Below, piece by piece: positions 46,161-47,524 of a stretch of DNA of 47,524 nucleotides. Under the pieces are notes generated by a model. It saw only the letters and a program-made list of their open reading frames with translations, was not told the origin of the DNA and ran no database searches. Positions within the stretch are counted from its first letter, which is position 1, and every line of letters starts with the position of its first letter. The translations under genes and the position numbers were made by a program. Source of the stretch: Nitrosomonadales bacterium (lineage in GTDB: Bacteria > Pseudomonadota > Gammaproteobacteria > Burkholderiales > Gallionellaceae); the NCBI GenBank assembly GCA_016218475.1, contig JACREB010000061.1, positions 1 through 47,524 on the forward strand, read 5' to 3'.

Positions 46161-46480
46161 GCGGCGCCACCAAAACAACCACAAAAACATTGGACATCAG
46201 GCTTCTCGACCGGGAATTACGCGTCGCCTGCCCCGAGGAAGAACGCGGCGAGTTGCTCGACGCAGTCGCTTATCTCGACAAGAGGATGCGCGAAATCCGC
46301 GATGCGGGAAAGATCGCCAGCGTGGAACGCATCGCCCTGATGGCCGCGCTCAACATCACCCACGAACTGCTTTCCATGAAAATCGGGCGCGGGTTTGACC
46401 TCGCCGATTTTAAGCGTAGAATGGACTCCATGCAGGCGGCGATCGACAAGGCGTTGGCCGAACAGGATTCGCTGTTTTAG
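46157..46480 (+). CDS. zapA: Cell division protein ZapA
   Basis: LDRELRVACPEEER..L..AV.YLD..MREI, ERIALMAALNITHELL. Confidence 0.93.
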   Translation: MSGATKTTTKTLDIRLLDRELRVACPEEERGELLDAVAYLDKRMREIRDAGKIASVERIALMAALNITHELLSMKIGRGFDLADFKRRMDSMQAAIDKALAEQDSLF

Positions 46481-46483
46481 TTA

Positions 46484-46656
46484 TCCCCTGCGGTGTTCGT
46501 CAGACCCGTAATTTTTTGAGCCAATATGTTAATTCAGGTCGCGACCCATCATGCTGCTGTTGTGAACGTCCGATCCGGATGATCCTGATGCGGCAGGGAA
46601 GCGACCCTCTTGGACCGCAGGTTCAAGATACCGGGTCAACGGCACAGGCGGGGGAC
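46484..46656 (+). ncRNA. ssrS: 6S RNA
   Basis: Follows zapA; closing stem TCCCCTGC...GGCGGGGGA; conserved TTGAGCC and GGTTCAAGA segments. Confidence 0.85.
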
Positions 46657-46702
46657 TTTCTTTCAGTGCGACCTTGGTTACCTCGGGTCGCACTTTTTAT
46701 TT

Positions 46703-46812
46703 TTAACGTGAAACGCGCGTAGCGATTCGTTCGCTCCCAGCCCTCTATCCATCTTTCCCCCAGAGGGGGAAAGGGCAATCGACCCCTCCGGGGGAGGGAT
46801 TGGGTGGGGGTT
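46703..46812 (+). repeat. Family A copy 3 (variant)
   Basis: TTAACGTGAAA...TAGCGATTCGTTCG followed by CTTTCCCCCAGAGGGGGAAAG and further hairpins. Confidence 0.7.
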
Positions 46813-46944
46813 GAGCATTGGCTCGTAGCGGAATAACGACAGTCGCGCCAGTTTTGCTTGTTATTGGTCGTTCTGCACAGAGACAAGATAAGGTATTTCT
46901 ACTTTCTTTGTGCACGGATTGGGATAGATGTCAAATTGAGCCAC
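46813..46944 (-). pseudogene. ccdB: CcdB toxin remnant
   Basis: VAQFDIYPNP...PYLVSVQNDQ-stop, then shifted frame ITSKTGATVVIPL; runs into the family A repeat. Confidence 0.7.
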
Positions 46945-46947
46945 AGC

Positions 46948-47199
46948 TCATATCCGATCAAACTCAGCACCAGCCAACCCTGTAACAGAGATGTCCCTTC
47001 CATGCGCTGCTAACGCTACTGCATTGCGTTCCGCCCAAGTGCGATTTTCAAGTTCTTCGAGCAGTCGTGCAAGCAACTGCTCTGTTTGTGCCGAGAAATT
47101 AACCTGTTGCTTGTATGGTTCAAGACGATCCAGCAGGCTTTGATTGATCGACAACGGGAGACGACCTTTTTTAGCTGTCGAGTCGTAATAGGTTTGCAT
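46948..47199 (-). CDS. ccdA: CcdA-family antitoxin
   Basis: K...LSIN..LL, N.S...E..L, W.ERN..AL; upstream of the ccdB remnant. Confidence 0.75.
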   Translation of the reverse strand: MQTYYDSTAKKGRLPLSINQSLLDRLEPYKQQVNFSAQTEQLLARLLEELENRTWAERNAVALAAHGRDISVTGLAGAEFDRI

Positions 47200-47419
47200 A
47201 GCGTATCAACTCCCACTAAATTCAATGCACATAATCATACGCATAGTCATTTTTATGCCAAGCAGAAGCAGAGCCAGTGAATGCAGCTCGTTTCAATATG
47301 CTTTATACATAATTACAATGAAGTACAATACTAAAAGCTTCACTAGTCAGTTAATGGAACTTGTATATTTAATAGATAAAGCGCATTATTCTTACTGTGT
47401 CACAAAGCGCTGAAGGGCG

Positions 47420-47524
47420 CATTGCGGCGTTAAAATCAGGCTCAAAATGCTCATTTACTACATGTAAACTCCGCTTTTTGCGAGTTGGGCGGCAACGGCA
47501 AGCCGCCCATCCCTGCTTGACCCA
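47420..47524. repeat. Dispersed repeat related to the interior of the 44628-44830 MITE (may run off the window)
   Basis: GGCTCAAAATGCTCATTTAC...GTAAACTCCGCTTTT resembles the reverse complement of about 44682-44722. Confidence 0.5.

Noticed and set aside
1-47524. CRISPR array
   Set aside because: No run of equal-length repeats with unique spacers; the repeats are dispersed palindromes or two-copy duplications

Overview
Betaproteobacterial chromosome segment. Gene content and repeat style suggest Gallionellaceae/Nitrosomonadales (inference). From left to right: (1) 1-4.8 kb, the end of a LolA-like/outer-membrane barrel locus, interrupted by a ~3 kb insert (frameshifted GAF-GGDEF, DUF1016 nuclease and a fragment) bounded by a 205-bp imperfect direct repeat. 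(2) 5.1-8.1 kb, an ArsS/TIGR04283/TIGR04282 arsenosugar-type cluster. (3) 8.2-25.2 kb, a co-oriented respiratory island and the most notable system here. It has seven c-type cytochromes (9 CxxCH), several unannotated small membrane peptides, a CydA-like (bd-superfamily) subunit with no CydB, and a diheme-c/EB_dh heme-b protein. It also encodes a Sec-exported, divergent NosZ-like copper protein with rearranged CuZ histidines and a His-to-Met CuA change, with no nosDFYL/R, plus a putative tetrapyrrole module (USP-PCP_red, radical SAM-PCP_red, HemY). (4) 25.9-45.8 kb, a riboswitch-led anaerobic-type cobalamin operon on the minus strand. It carries an attC-flanked, integron-cassette-like C5-MTase/NotI-like restriction-modification pair and several palindromic repeats inserted in frame in cobJ, cobQ and a cobD-cobQ fusion linker. 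(5) zapB-like, zapA, 6S RNA, and ccdA with a dead ccdB. Family assignments come from recognising motifs by eye; no searches were run.
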